Below, piece by piece: positions 52,775-64,000 of a stretch of DNA of 64,000 nt. The notes under the pieces were generated by a model, which was given only the letters and a program-made list of their open reading frames with translations, was not told the DNA's origin and made no database searches. The DNA is taken from NCBI GenBank assembly GCA_965287045.1, contig OZ336882.1, forward strand, positions 65,162,001 through 65,226,000. Reading direction: 5' to 3'. This stretch comes from Carcharhinus amblyrhynchos. Taxonomy: Eukaryota. Every line of letters begins with the position of its first letter. Positions within the stretch are counted from its first letter, which is position 1. A program made the position numbers and the translations under genes.

Positions 52775-53035
52775 AGGAACTCTGGGTTCAAGTCGCACTT
52801 CAAGACTTGATGGCCATGGAAAGTGTGTTTGTAACGTGCCAAATTGGTTATCAGTCTGAAAGTTCTTCTAATAAGCCTGATGGCAGACAGGAAAGGTGGG
52901 AGAATTTCCTGGTCAGCCATATTGCAGAAAGCAATGACAAACCACTGCAATACCTTGCCAAGCATAATCCTGGACCGACCCAATGGAAGTCTATGGTTAC
53001 CAAAACCCTCATAGGCCATGGTGTCTGGAGGAGGA
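52775..53035 (+). mobile_element. Probable SINE with an RTE-like tail
   Basis: B-box-like gggttcaagtc and gcaatgacaaaccactgcaataccttgcc, which resembles the GGAAATGGCAAACCACTCCAGTAT..TGCC end of RTE/Bov-A elements. Confidence 0.4.
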
Positions 53036-53539
53036 GTATTTTCATGGATTAAAACTCTGAAGAGCAGTGACATCAAGCAGGAGTCAGTCCAGGGTCAGGA
53101 CTGAAAACGTAAGTTTTGAAGAAAGCTCAAAGAAAGGTAGCAATTAAAACGTTTTGATGGGGGATGGGGGAATGTAATGATTTAGATGATGTAACAGGGA
53201 AACCTTAACTATACAGCGCTTTCAGTAGAGGGGGAAAATCTCACATTCCTCACAAACAATCAGCAGCTGGTGGATGTTGGTAGAACTACTGTATGGTACC
53301 GGCTGTAAATGTAACTTACAGTTCAATGGTCTACTGACATTCACGGTCTAGACTCGCACATGAGGAGTGACTGCACAGATCGGGCCACGCGGCTGTACAA
53401 ATGGTGAAGGCGAGTTCACTATCCTGTTAGGGAGATAACTAAGGTGGTAAATAGCCTTCTAGTTCCAATAATTCTAATTTCATTTGTTTTATTATATCAA
53501 AAATTGTACAGAAGCAAGTTATGGTTGATCTGTATTTTA

Positions 53540-53980
53540 GAGTCTTACAATACAGAAGAGGCCCTTCAGCCCATCGAGTCTGCACCAACAAAACTACAAT
53601 CTACACGAATCTCACTTTCCAGCATTTATGACATTTCAAGTGCTTACCCACGTTTTTTTTTAGGGTTTCGAGGTTTCCCGCGTCTCCTATCACCGCACCC
53701 ACCCCCTCCCCAGGCAGTGCATTCCAGTTTTCCACCAACCTCTGGCTGAAAACAATTCTTCAAATTCCCTCTGAACTTCCTGCCCCTCATCTAAAATTAC
53801 GCCCACCCTTTCCATAAATCTTTTCACCTCAGTCAGGTTCCCCCGTCCCCCAGCCTGCTTGGTTCTGAAAAAAGAGACATTCCCAGCCTATCAAGTCTCT
53901 CTTCACAGCTCCAATGCTCCATCCCAGGCAACAACTTGGTGAATTTCCTCTGCACCACTCCATTGCAATCATATCCAGTA
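53540..53980 (-). mobile_element. Decayed CR1 LINE 3' fragment
   Basis: CR1-type tail (agaagaggcccttcagcccatcgagtctgcacc) and ORF2 C-terminal remnants (tggaatgcactgcctg = WNALP). A similar + strand relic lies at ~57230-57620. Confidence 0.7.
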
Positions 53981-54062
53981 TTCCCCCTTCTCTCCTATAC
54001 AAACTATATTTTAAATAAAGCAATTCATCAACAATAATCATATGGCGTGTCCTCCTTGCAGC

Positions 54063-55438
54063 AGACATCTGACTACACCTCAGCCTTCAACACCATTATT
54101 CCCACAAAACTCATCTCCAAACTCCATGGCCTGGGCCTCCACACCTCCCTCTGCGACTGGATTCTGAATTTCCTAACTTGCAGACCACAATCAGTAAGGA
54201 TAGGCGAAAACACATCCTCTATGATCATCCTCAATATCGGTGTCCCACAAGGCTACGTCCTCAGCCCCCTAATTCAATTTTCAAGTTTGCTGATGACACC
54301 ACCATAGTGGGTTGGATCTCAAACAATGACAAGACAGAGTACACAGGTGACAGGGCAGCACAGTAGCATAGTGGTTAGCACTGCTGCTTCACAGCTCCAG
54401 GGACCTGGGTTTGATTCCGGGCTTGGGTCACTGCCTGTGTGGAGTTTGCACATTCTTGTGTCTGCATGGGTTTCCTCTGAGTGCTCCGGTTTCCTCCCAC
54501 AGTCCAAAGATGTGCGAGTTAGGTTGATTGGCCATGCTAAAATTGTCCTTTAGTGTCCTGAGATGTGTAGTTCAGAGAGATTAGCGGGTAAATATGTGGG
54601 GGTAGGCCCTGGGTGGGATTGTGGTCGGTGCAGACTTGATGGCCAAATGGCCTCTTTCTGCGCTGTAGGATTTCTATGAGTACAGGAATGAGATAGAGAA
54701 TCTGGGGAATCGGTGTGGCAACAATAATCTCTCCCTCAACATCTACAAAATAATAGAAATTGTTGTTGATTTCAGGAAGTGTAAAGGAGAATATGTCTGT
54801 GCCTATATCAAAGGGGATGAAGTAGAAAGGGTCGAGAACTTCAAGTTTTTAGGTGTCCAGATCACCAACATCCTGTCCTGGTCCCTCAATGCTAACACAA
54901 TAGTTAAGAAAGCCTACCAAAGTCTCTACTATCTCAGATGTCAGTACAACTCTCACCAACTTTTACAGATGCATTATAGATAACATTCTTTCTGATTGTA
55001 TCACAGCTTGGTTCCTGCTCTGCCCAAGGCCAAAAGGAACTACAAAAGGTTGTGAATGTAGCCCAATCCATCACACAAACCTCCCATCCACTGACTCTGC
55101 CTACACTTTCCACTGCCTCGGCAAAGTAGCCACAGTAATTAAGGACCCACACACCTTAGATATTCTCTTTTCCACCTTCTTCCTTCAGGAAAAACATACA
55201 AAAGTCTGAGGTCATGTACCAAATGACTCAAGAATAGCTTCTTCCCTGCTGCCAGACTTTTGAATGGACTTACCTTGCATTAAGTTGATCATTCTCTGCA
55301 CCCTAGCTATAAGTGTAACACTACATTCTGCACCCTTCCGTTTTCTTCTCTATGAATAGTATGCTTTGTTTGTATAGTGCACAAAAAACAATACTTTTCA
55401 CTGTATGCTAATACATGTGACAATAATAAATCAAATCA
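54063..55438 (+). mobile_element. Decayed, 5'-truncated Rex1/Babar-type LINE, interrupted by a SINE
   Basis: [46 protein letters not shown], then [10 protein letters not shown] after a frameshift. The 3' end reads tgtgacaataataaatcaaatc. Confidence 0.85.
54353..54677 (+). mobile_element. HE1/V-SINE (tRNA-derived), near full length, nested in the Rex1 LINE
   Basis: Head with A/B-box-like tagcatagtggtta and ggtttgattcc. Central GTGTGGAGTTTGCACATTCT..GGTTTCCTCCCACAGTCCAAAGA and a CR1-like tail. Flanked by gagtaca(ca)gg / gagtacagg, a probable TSD. Confidence 0.9.
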
Positions 55439-56409
55439 GAAGTGGTTCAGGGGTAATTGCATCATCCAGTAAAATAACCACTCACAGACCTGTTCTGTAC
55501 CATCAGCTAAGTTCATCTCAGTTAGTATCTAGGTCATTACAATTAATTTCAGCACTCCAACATATAATTGGGGGAAGAACCCCCCTCTTCCAGATTTCCT
55601 ACCCTCTGACCACTTTCAAGATCACTGCTGGAAGTTGGTCATATGTGAGCAATACATAAGGATAGTGAGACCCATCATCTTACAATAGAATCTTCCTTCT
55701 GCTACCAGACCTCACATAGCTAGAAGTCAATTAGATTGACAAACAGAAGATACCCATGGAAACACACCCAGGCAAGTGTCAACACCTTCACAAAAGCAGC
55801 AAGAAAAATGAAAAGACAAATGATAGGAGAGTGACGGGACAAAAAAGATCTCAGAATATGCAGATAATAATAGTAGGCATTGATTAAATGGGAATAACCT
55901 CAAAAGGTTCCAATGATGCCTTAAAATGTGAATGTAAACCTGGCGAGATTTGTAATAGTATTTGAACATTTGTTTGTGGCTCATCTATAAGCTCCTTGGT
56001 TATTATCTGTACGGTGGATTTGGTGTGTGCGCTTTTCACTGTTTTTGCTACATCATGGCAGACCTTAATGCACAATCCATTTCACCTATCTTTGAGATAA
56101 TGGCGTCTTCAGTAAATTCACGACCAGTGCAACAGAATAAACTGGACATTTATTGATCATCAATCCATTTCTTGTCTGGAACTTGGTTATTTTGAGCTGG
56201 ATTAAATCCACAGTAATAAAGAAACTTAAACTTAAAGTTATGATTAATCAAAAATCACATCAGTAACATGACAAAATGTATATTATATATATATATAAAA
56301 AAATGAAAGCAATTAGTTATACAATTTGGTAGTTTCGTAATCATTTAGGGTTCTAATTATTTTTGCTCAAACTGCATCCACTACAGAAATTATGCGACAG
56401 AGCATTTAT

Positions 56410-56830
56410 TAAGACTTATATTTGTATCGCATCTTTCATCACTATTGGATGTTCTAAAACAATTTACAGCCAATGAAATAGTTTGAAGCATAGTCACGGT
56501 TATATTGTAGGAATCACAGCAACCAAGGTCTCTCAAACAGTAATGCTTAATGAGCAGATTTTTTGTGATGTTGATTGAAGGATAAATATTAGCCTGACAC
56601 CAGAGATAACTTCTGCTCTTCTTGAAAACAGTGTCATCCACCCAACAGAGCTGACAAGGCTTTGGATCAATATCTCACCTGAAAGACAGCATTTCAGGCA
56701 ATGCAGCACTCCTTCAGTACTGCAGTGGAGAGTCAGCCTGTTTTGTTGCATTCAAGACCTGGAGGAGATCTAAATTCATAACCTCCTCACTTGAGGTGGG
56801 TGCGCTATCAACTAAACCACAGCTGACACT
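56410..56830 (-). mobile_element. Deu-domain SINE (SacSINE1/AmnSINE1-related), old copy
   Basis: The minus strand reads ..gacactgttttcaagaagagcagaagttatctctggtgtcaggctaatatttatcc.., similar to the Deu core as I recall it. More decayed related pieces lie at ~4060-4175 (-), ~26125-26450 (+), ~46820-47020 (-), ~47150-47450 (-) and ~58840-58990 (+). Confidence 0.6.
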
Positions 56831-57658
56831 GTGATCATGATTTCTGGGGGGCAAAATATGTAACATTAACAAATGTCCTCAAATTTGACATTTATAGCAC
56901 AAGTTCCAAGGCAACTGCAAATATTTTTGACATCTCCACATTTACCATGTCATAATTTTTTTCTCTAATTTCCCCCTCTCTAGTCCAGAACAGTGATGCC
57001 CCACAGGCAACAGCAACTCTCTAGTATCTCACCCTAGTGGTCATTTCTCAAGTGAGTGCAGAAGGTGATTATTGACAGACAAGGCAATTGCTTAGGGAAA
57101 CTGAAACAGACTGCCAAGTCTTATCTGACTCAACACATCCAAATAATGCAGATCAGCAATCAACAGAGCAAATAAAGTGTTGAACTACACAGTGGAATAC
57201 AAGTCTGCAGAAGTACTGACGAAACAGCTCAGCACTGTGGTGAAACCACATCTTAAGTACTATATCCAGCTTTGGTCACTGAGGCACAGGGAAATACTTG
57301 AGCACTGGAAGTAGCATAGAGAAAAGTCACAGGGCTGGTGGTGTCTAAAGACTGTCTAATGAGGAAAAAGTGACTAAATACAGGCTGCTCAGGGCATACA
57401 TCCAAACTAGTAAGAGCTAAAGTCTGAAAGACATCAGGACTCATGTCAATAAATTCTTCATCACAGTGATCAATATTTTGGAACTAACTTGAGAATGTGT
57501 AATGCAGGCTAGAACCTTAGAATGACTAAAGAAACAAGAGATGCTGAAATAGGAGAGCACAAGAATCTTTCTGGGTAAACTAGTCTACAGGATGAAGAAT
57601 GGTCTTGCTCATCCACAATCATTCTGTGATTGTTGTTCAATGCTTAATTTAAAGCAGA

Positions 57659-57990
57659 GTGGCACAGTAGCACAGTGAGCGGCACGGTGCCACAGTGACT
57701 AGTACTGTTGCTTCACAGCTCCAGGGACCCAAGTTCGATTCCAAGCTTGGATCACTGTCTGTGTGGGCTTCCTCTGGGTGCTCCAGTTTCCTCCCACAGT
57801 CCAAAGATGTGTGGGTTAGGTTGATTGGCCATGCTAAAAATTGCCCCTTAGTGTCCTGAATTGTGTAAATTAGAGGAATTAGCTGGTAAAATATGTAGGG
57901 ATATGGGGTAGGGCCTGGGTGGGATTGTGGTCAGTGCAGACTCGATGGGCCAGATGGCCTCTTTCTGCACTGTAGGGTTTCTATGATCCT
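57659..57990 (+). mobile_element. HE1/V-SINE with an internal deletion and a partly duplicated head
   Basis: Same body and tail as 54353-54677. Confidence 0.9.
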
Positions 57991-59184
57991 ATGAGGACAC
58001 CAAAATGCAACTTGGAATAGATACTTAGAGAATTCTTCATTTTTAACTATTAAAATGGTATTGAAGCTGAAGGCTGTCAATATTTTTGGTCCACTTTCAA
58101 CCTTCTCTTTCCATCCTCCCAAGGATGGTGACTCATGATTCAACAACAGAAATGGCTTCCTTCACCTCTCCAATGTGCCCCTTCTCATGTATGAAAAGAC
58201 AGCAAATGTTAGACTTAACAGTATCACAGTAGAGACCTTCACTAGGCATCCACAAAGACACATTTCCAAATATGTAGACCTTGGGATAGTAACCAGGAAT
58301 AGGAACCTACCGGTACAATGATTCCAAGGGACCAGTGAGACCAAATATAGACTCTGTACTGTTCCCCCAATCAACACTGCAGGCCAGGGATCAAACCATG
58401 ACAACAGAGTGTCACATTGACAGTACGTTTAGCCTCTGAGTAACTTCTAGTCAAGTGCACTACTTAAAAAGTCAAAGCTAAGAACAGTCAATAGCTTTAG
58501 TTTTCTTGTGTGCTCACGTTGATGATTTGGAAATATATTTTTTAAAAGGAGAATGCTGATGATACAATGGGCTACATTAGCCTGGATGAGTTCCCAATCC
58601 CAATGAGAAATGATGGATCATTATACACAGTTGAAGCCTGTGCACATTAAATTAAGAACTATCTTTACTAATGATAATTGTGCTTCTCTGGTAGTACTGC
58701 TAACCATTGTTAAACCAAGAGGCATTTCTCCCATCAGCTCATACTCCACACAAGGTTTTAAGTTTATGGTTAATTTTTGAATGAAATACAGAAATAGTGC
58801 TGTTTCATGAAGAATCCATCCTTCAGGTGAAATGTTAAATTGATGTTCAAGATGTTGAAGATGCCACGCCATTATTTCAAAAAGGACATTGAATTCTCCC
58901 AGTATCCAAGAGAACATTCCCCTCAGCCCATATTTTTCTCTCCACATTGCATAAAAGAACAACTTAACATTCACCAGTTATTATGGGATCTTCTCTGTAC
59001 AAATCTGATTGCCACTGCTTGCAAAACGTAAAAGTATCTGGCCTTCCAAGTGGCTAAGCACTCACTCATTTAAAGTTGTAGTTGCGTTCCTGAAAATGCA
59101 ATTGTAAGTGAAACAACTTCAAGCAAATCAGATTTTCCTATGAAAATCTATGCAAAAGCTGTGGTGAGATTCTATAAGTTTTTT

Positions 59185-59455
59185 AAAGTTTATTTATTAG
59201 TCACAATAAGGCTTACATTAACACTGCAATGAAGTTACTGTGAAATTCCCCTAGTCGCCACACTCCAGTGCCTGTTTGGGTGAATGTACCTAACCAGCAT
59301 ATCTTTTGGCTTGTGGAAGGAAACCGGAGCATCCAGAGGAAATCCACACAGACATGGAGAGAACGTGCAAACTCCACACAGTGATCCAAGCCAGGAACTG
59401 AACCTGGGACTCTGGCGCTGTAAGGCAGCAGTGCTAACCACTGTGCCACCATGCC
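59185..59455 (-). mobile_element. V-SINE variant with a different 3' tail
   Basis: Head and V-domain resemble HE1, but the tail is ttcacagtaacttcattgcagtgttaatgtaagcc..tgtgactaataaataaac. Confidence 0.8.
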
Positions 59456-60944
59456 GTATCAGAACGAAACGCAATGAAAAGTTACAAATAACTATTTTAG
59501 TTAATAGCATGCTGCATCTACATATTATCACAATACCTAATATTGATTAGAGAGCCTCAGCTATTCTTGCCTGAGTACTAGCTCTAAAGGGCAGAGTGAC
59601 CAACTTTGGCGGGGGGGGGGGACTGAAAATGTTGATGTAAATGTCATGTAAATGCCAACACATTACAGTAAATTATATCCTAAGTTGAAATATTTCATAT
59701 TGCTAAGTTTTCATATTAGTAAACAAAATAACTTTTATAATCAAAAATTTAAATGTAGCATTTACTTTCTGCTTACTTCCCTATTGCTGTCAATCTTGCT
59801 CGGTGAACATCTCACGCTCCCTTACCCTCCCACTCAATGTGGACCCTTCCATTCGTAGAACCTCCTCCTCCCTACTTGTACAGAAACCTCACTATGAGTA
59901 AGAACTCTGGAGAGGAGTGACGACAGGCAGGAAGAGCAACTTCGTCACACAGGAGGCAAACCAGGGGATTTGCAGAAAAAGTGAGGGTCAGGGAGCAGGA
60001 CAGGCTGTGAGGTGGAGTGTCAGCAGCAAGAGGGAGGGTGAGAAGCGGCAGACATTGCGAACCAGAGGGTCTGCTGTGAGCAGCAGGTTCACTGAGCAGC
60101 AGAGGAGCCAGAGCTTGCAGTGTGTTGGAGGGTCACAAAGTGGCAGAGGCTGCTCCAAGATGGCACAATTGGCTTATGTGACCCTGTCGATACCACATGA
60201 AACAACATTGAAATGAAACTCCCCACGCCAAACACAAATATGGGTCCCATTAACTGATCAACATTATACCAGAATTAGTTAAAACGGCACAACTTAAAAT
60301 GGAGACTTATTGTATGTGAACTGCAAAAACTGGATAAGGTGTTATATACATACAAGTCTTTCTCTTTCCAAAGTAAACAGTAATAGATGCTAAATATGTC
60401 ATACCAAAGAGTCACTCAGAGGTGACAGCATATTCAACTTTTTTGAGAAGCATGGCAAGGCGATAAATGAGTTGGATATTAAAATAAAATGCTCCTGCTT
60501 TAATTGGCATGTGTTCGTAGTACAAAGCAATTCCATGTTTGCAAAATTAAATCTATCAGAGACTATACCAAAGAGCACATTTTCATCTATGGCTTGAAAA
60601 AAAGGCAGTGATTTGATTTTTCCCAACTAGCAATTTCCTCTGATGCTTCTCATCTAATTCATCCAATAGCCTCATTTGAGGGGAGAGTTTAAAAAATTTA
60701 ATTTAAAAAAAGCTATACAAATATTTAAGTTTAATCCTGTATCATCCAACATTCACACACACACATTCCATGTGGGAACAGTTGGAAATGAGGAGACACA
60801 ATCTGCATTGATATCCCAGCCCTTTCTCGCTAAGTTGGTCATGAATTGTTGCACCCTTTGTCAACCCAGCCAGGAACAGCTAAGTCAGCAGTTTGGGATC
60901 CCCAAAGCCACTAGGCTAATGATCTTATTAGCATTGATTAAAGC

Positions 60945-62100
60945 CTAAACAAAAGAGTTGAACACCAGAGACAAGGTGACAGTGATTGCCTTTGGTGTCA
61001 AGGTAGCGTTTTACGGAATGTGATATCAAGGAGCCCAAGCAAAACCGAAGTGAATGGAAATCAGCAAGAAAACTCTCCACTAGACTTGTCATATCTAGGA
61101 CAAAGGAAGCTGGCTGTGATTGTTGGAAGTTAATCATCTGAGTTCCAGGGCATCACTGCAGGAGATCTCCAGGGTAGTGTTATAGGTCCATAGGCCCAAC
61201 CATCTTCAGCTGCTTCAATTAACTTCCCTCCATTGTAACATCAGAAGTTAGGATGTTCATTGATGATTGCCACAATGTTCCACAACTCCTTACATACCAA
61301 AGCAATCGATGTCCAAATGCAACAAGACCTGGGCAAATGCAACAAGACCTGGACAACCACCAGAGAAGGGAAAGGAATATTCGCACCACGTAAGTGCCAG
61401 GCAATGAACATCTCCAACGGAAGAGAAACTTCCGATCCTTGACATTCAATGACATTACCATCGCTGAATCCCCCAGCATCAATATCCTGAGCGTTACCAT
61501 TGACCAGAAACTGGATTAGCTATAAAAATACTGTGGTTACAAGAGCAGGTCAGAGGCTAGAAATCCTACAATGACTAACTCTTGACTCCCTAAAGCCTGC
61601 CCGTAATCCACAAGGCACAAGTCATTAGTGCAGTGGAATATTCTCCACTTGCCTGGATGAGTGCAGCTCCAACACTCAAGCAGCTTGACACCATCCAGGA
61701 TAAAACAGTCTGCTTGATTGGCACCCCTTCCACAAATATCCAGTCTCTTCACCAATGGTGCATATCGTACCATCTACAAGACTCATTGCCAGAACTCACC
61801 AAAGCTCCTTACGCAGTAACTTCCACCATTAGAAGGACAAGGGCAGCAGATGCATGGAAGACCATCACCTGGAAGTTCCCCTCAAAGCCACACACCATCC
61901 TGACTTCGAAATATATCACTGGTCCTTCACTATCGCAGGATGAAAATCCTGGACCTTCCTCTGTGACAGCATTATTGGTTTATCTATATCAGAAGGATTG
62001 CAGGGTTCAACAAATCAGCTCACCACTATCTTCTCAAAAGCAACAAGGGTTGGGCAATAAATACTGGCCTAGCCAGTGACTAGTCATCCCATGAACAAAA
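60945..62100 (+). mobile_element. Decayed L2/CR1-group LINE, 3' portion
   Basis: RT remnants (ccagggtagtgttataggtcc = QGSV.GP; ttcattgatgat), EYSPLAWMSAAPT and the 3' end gggcaataaatactggcctagccagtgac. The same family is on the minus strand at ~18300-18950, with a tail fragment at ~19500-19590. Confidence 0.7.
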
Positions 62101-62263
62101 TTTGAAAAAAATCTGGATAAAACATGCATTTTCTGGTCTTATGATGTTTTCATTTCATGTATTTATATATTCATTATAAACAGCTGCAGTGCACTACAGG
62201 ATGAATATGAGTTGTTGATTTGGTGTGTTATAATACCATTATTTCCAACAATCTACCAGTTAA

Positions 62264-64000
62264 AAACATAAGAACATAATAAGAACATAAGAAATAGGAG
62301 CAGGAGTAGGCCATCTAGCCCTTCGAGCTTGCCCCGCCATTCAATAAGATCATGGCTGATCTGTCGTGGCTCAGTTCCACTTTCCCGCCCTCTCCCCATA
62401 ACCCTTAATCCCCTCTCTTATCAAGAACCCATCAACCCGCTTCGTAAAAATATTTAGCGAGGCAGCCTCCACCACTTCAACGGGCAGAGAATTCCAGAGA
62501 TTCACCACCCTTTGAGTGAAGAAGTTCCTCCTCAACTCCGTTCTAAACCGCCTCCCCTTTATCTTGAGGCTGTGCCCCCTAGTCCTACTGTCTTTTTTGA
62601 GCGGGAGGAGTCTCTCCACCTCTATCCTATCCATCCCATTCATCATCTTATACGTCTCAATGAGATCTCCCCTCATTCTTCTAAACTCTAACGAGTACAA
62701 GCCTAGTTTATTCAGCCTCTCCTCATAGTTCAACCCCCTCAACTCCGGTATCAGCCTAGTAAACCTCCTCTGCACTCCCTCCAAGGCCAAAATATCCTTG
62801 CGCAGGTGCGGCGCCCAAAACTGCACACAGTACTCCAGCTGCGGCCTCACCAATGCCCTATACAGCTGCAGCAAGACCTCCCTACTTTTATATTCAATCC
62901 CCCTCGCTATGAAGGCCAGCATCCCATTCGCCTTCCTGACCACCTGCTGCACCTGCAAGCTGGGTTTTTGCGACTCATGCACAAGGACCCCGAGGTCCCT
63001 CTGCACCTTCGCCTGCTGCAGTTTTTCGCCCCGTAAGTAACAGTCCTTCCTACCATTCTTCCTACCAAAGTGGACCACCTCGCACTTGCCAACATTAAAT
63101 TCCATTTGCCAGTTCCTGGCCCATTCGCCCAGCCTATCTAGATCCTTCTGCAGACTCTCCACACCCTCCGCACAATTTGCCTTTCCCCCAATCTTGGTGT
63201 CATCAGCAAATTTCGACATGCTACACTCGGTTCCCTCCTCCAGATCATCTATATAAATGGTAAATAGCTGAGGCCCCAGCACCGACCCCTGGGGCACCCC
63301 ACTAGTCACCAACCGCCAATCCGAATAGCACCCATTGACCCCCTCTCTCTGCCTCCTATTTGACAACCAATCCTCTATCCACGCTAACACCCTACCCCCA
63401 ACTCCATGTCCCCTGACCTTCTGCAATAACCTCTTGTGAGGTACCTTGTCAAACGCCTTCTGAAAATCCAGAAAGACCACATCCACCGGCTCTCCTCTAT
63501 CCACTGCCCTAGACACATCCTCATAGAACTCCAGTAAATTTGTCAGACACGACTTCCCTTTAATGAAACCGTGTTGCGTCTGCCCTATCAAGCAATTCCC
63601 TTCAAGATGCCTCGCAATTTCCTCCTTAATGACGGATTCTAACATTTTACCTACCACAGACGTTAAACTAACCGGCCTATAATTCCCCGCCTTTTGCCTG
63701 GCACCCTTCTTAAACAACGGCGTAACATTAGCCGTTTTCCAATCTTCTGGCACTTCCCCGGAATCCAGCGACGTCTGGAAAATAACCACCAAGGCATCCA
63801 CTATAACCTCCGCCATTTCTTTCAGAACCCTCGGATGCATTCCATCCAGTCCTGGGGACTTGTTCACAATCAGCCCCTCCAGTCTGTCGAGCACCACCTC
63901 TCTAGTAACAGTAATGTCATTAAGACCCTCCAGTCCTACCACCTTTCCATCGCTAACACCCGGCAAATTATTCACGTCCTCCTCCGTGAAGACAGAAACA
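62264..64000 (-). mobile_element. Young CR1-clade LINE: 3' part of ORF2 (reverse transcriptase), 3'UTR and (TTCTTATG)n-type tail; truncated by the window edge
   Basis: Uninterrupted 534-aa frame 62371..63975 that stays open to the window edge (SVFTEED). Motifs SPG.DG.HP, WKTANVTPLFKKG, NYRPVSLTS, QHGF, DFQKAFDKVPH, GVPQGSVLGP, FADD, RTRGH and FFTQRVVNLWNSLP. Tail repeat aagaacat at ~62264-62292. Confidence 0.95.

Noticed and set aside
54353-54430. tRNA gene (also at other A/B-box-like sites)
   Set aside because: These are tRNA-derived SINE heads that continue directly into SINE bodies. I could not see a complete cloverleaf.
61315-61355. 20-bp tandem duplication (aaatgcaacaagacctgg x2)
   Set aside because: Local slippage inside a dead LINE, with no functional implication.

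Overview
This is vertebrate, not microbial, DNA. The repeat content (HE1/V-SINEs, Deu-domain SINEs, CR1 and Rex1 LINEs) points to a shark or other cartilaginous fish. The only host gene I can support is the 5' half of an early B-cell factor (COE family) gene on the minus strand, best matching EBF1. It has six GT-AG coding exons (36676-36543, 35840-35684, 35177-35114, 34468-34413, 29558-29485, 17546-17478; 134+157+64+56+74+69 = 554 nt). These splice in frame and encode the N-terminal DNA-binding domain including the HX3CX2CX5C zinc knuckle. Bases 1-17477 are the start of the large intron 6. Upstream are a 5'UTR with a 130-nt assembly gap, a motif-rich proximal promoter (~37.7 kb), a candidate distal first exon (~41.4 kb) and a strong CTCF-like motif (41.9 kb). 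The rest is CNE-like non-coding sequence, hAT MITEs, SINEs, decayed LINEs and a young CR1 LINE running off the right edge. The most unusual signal is a decayed reading frame at the left edge (~1-840) with Dx4D and VFGDD motifs at polymerase-like spacing. It may be an endogenous RNA-virus RdRp fragment or a very old RT, and is unverified. Most other ORF-track entries are chance or low-complexity ORFs.
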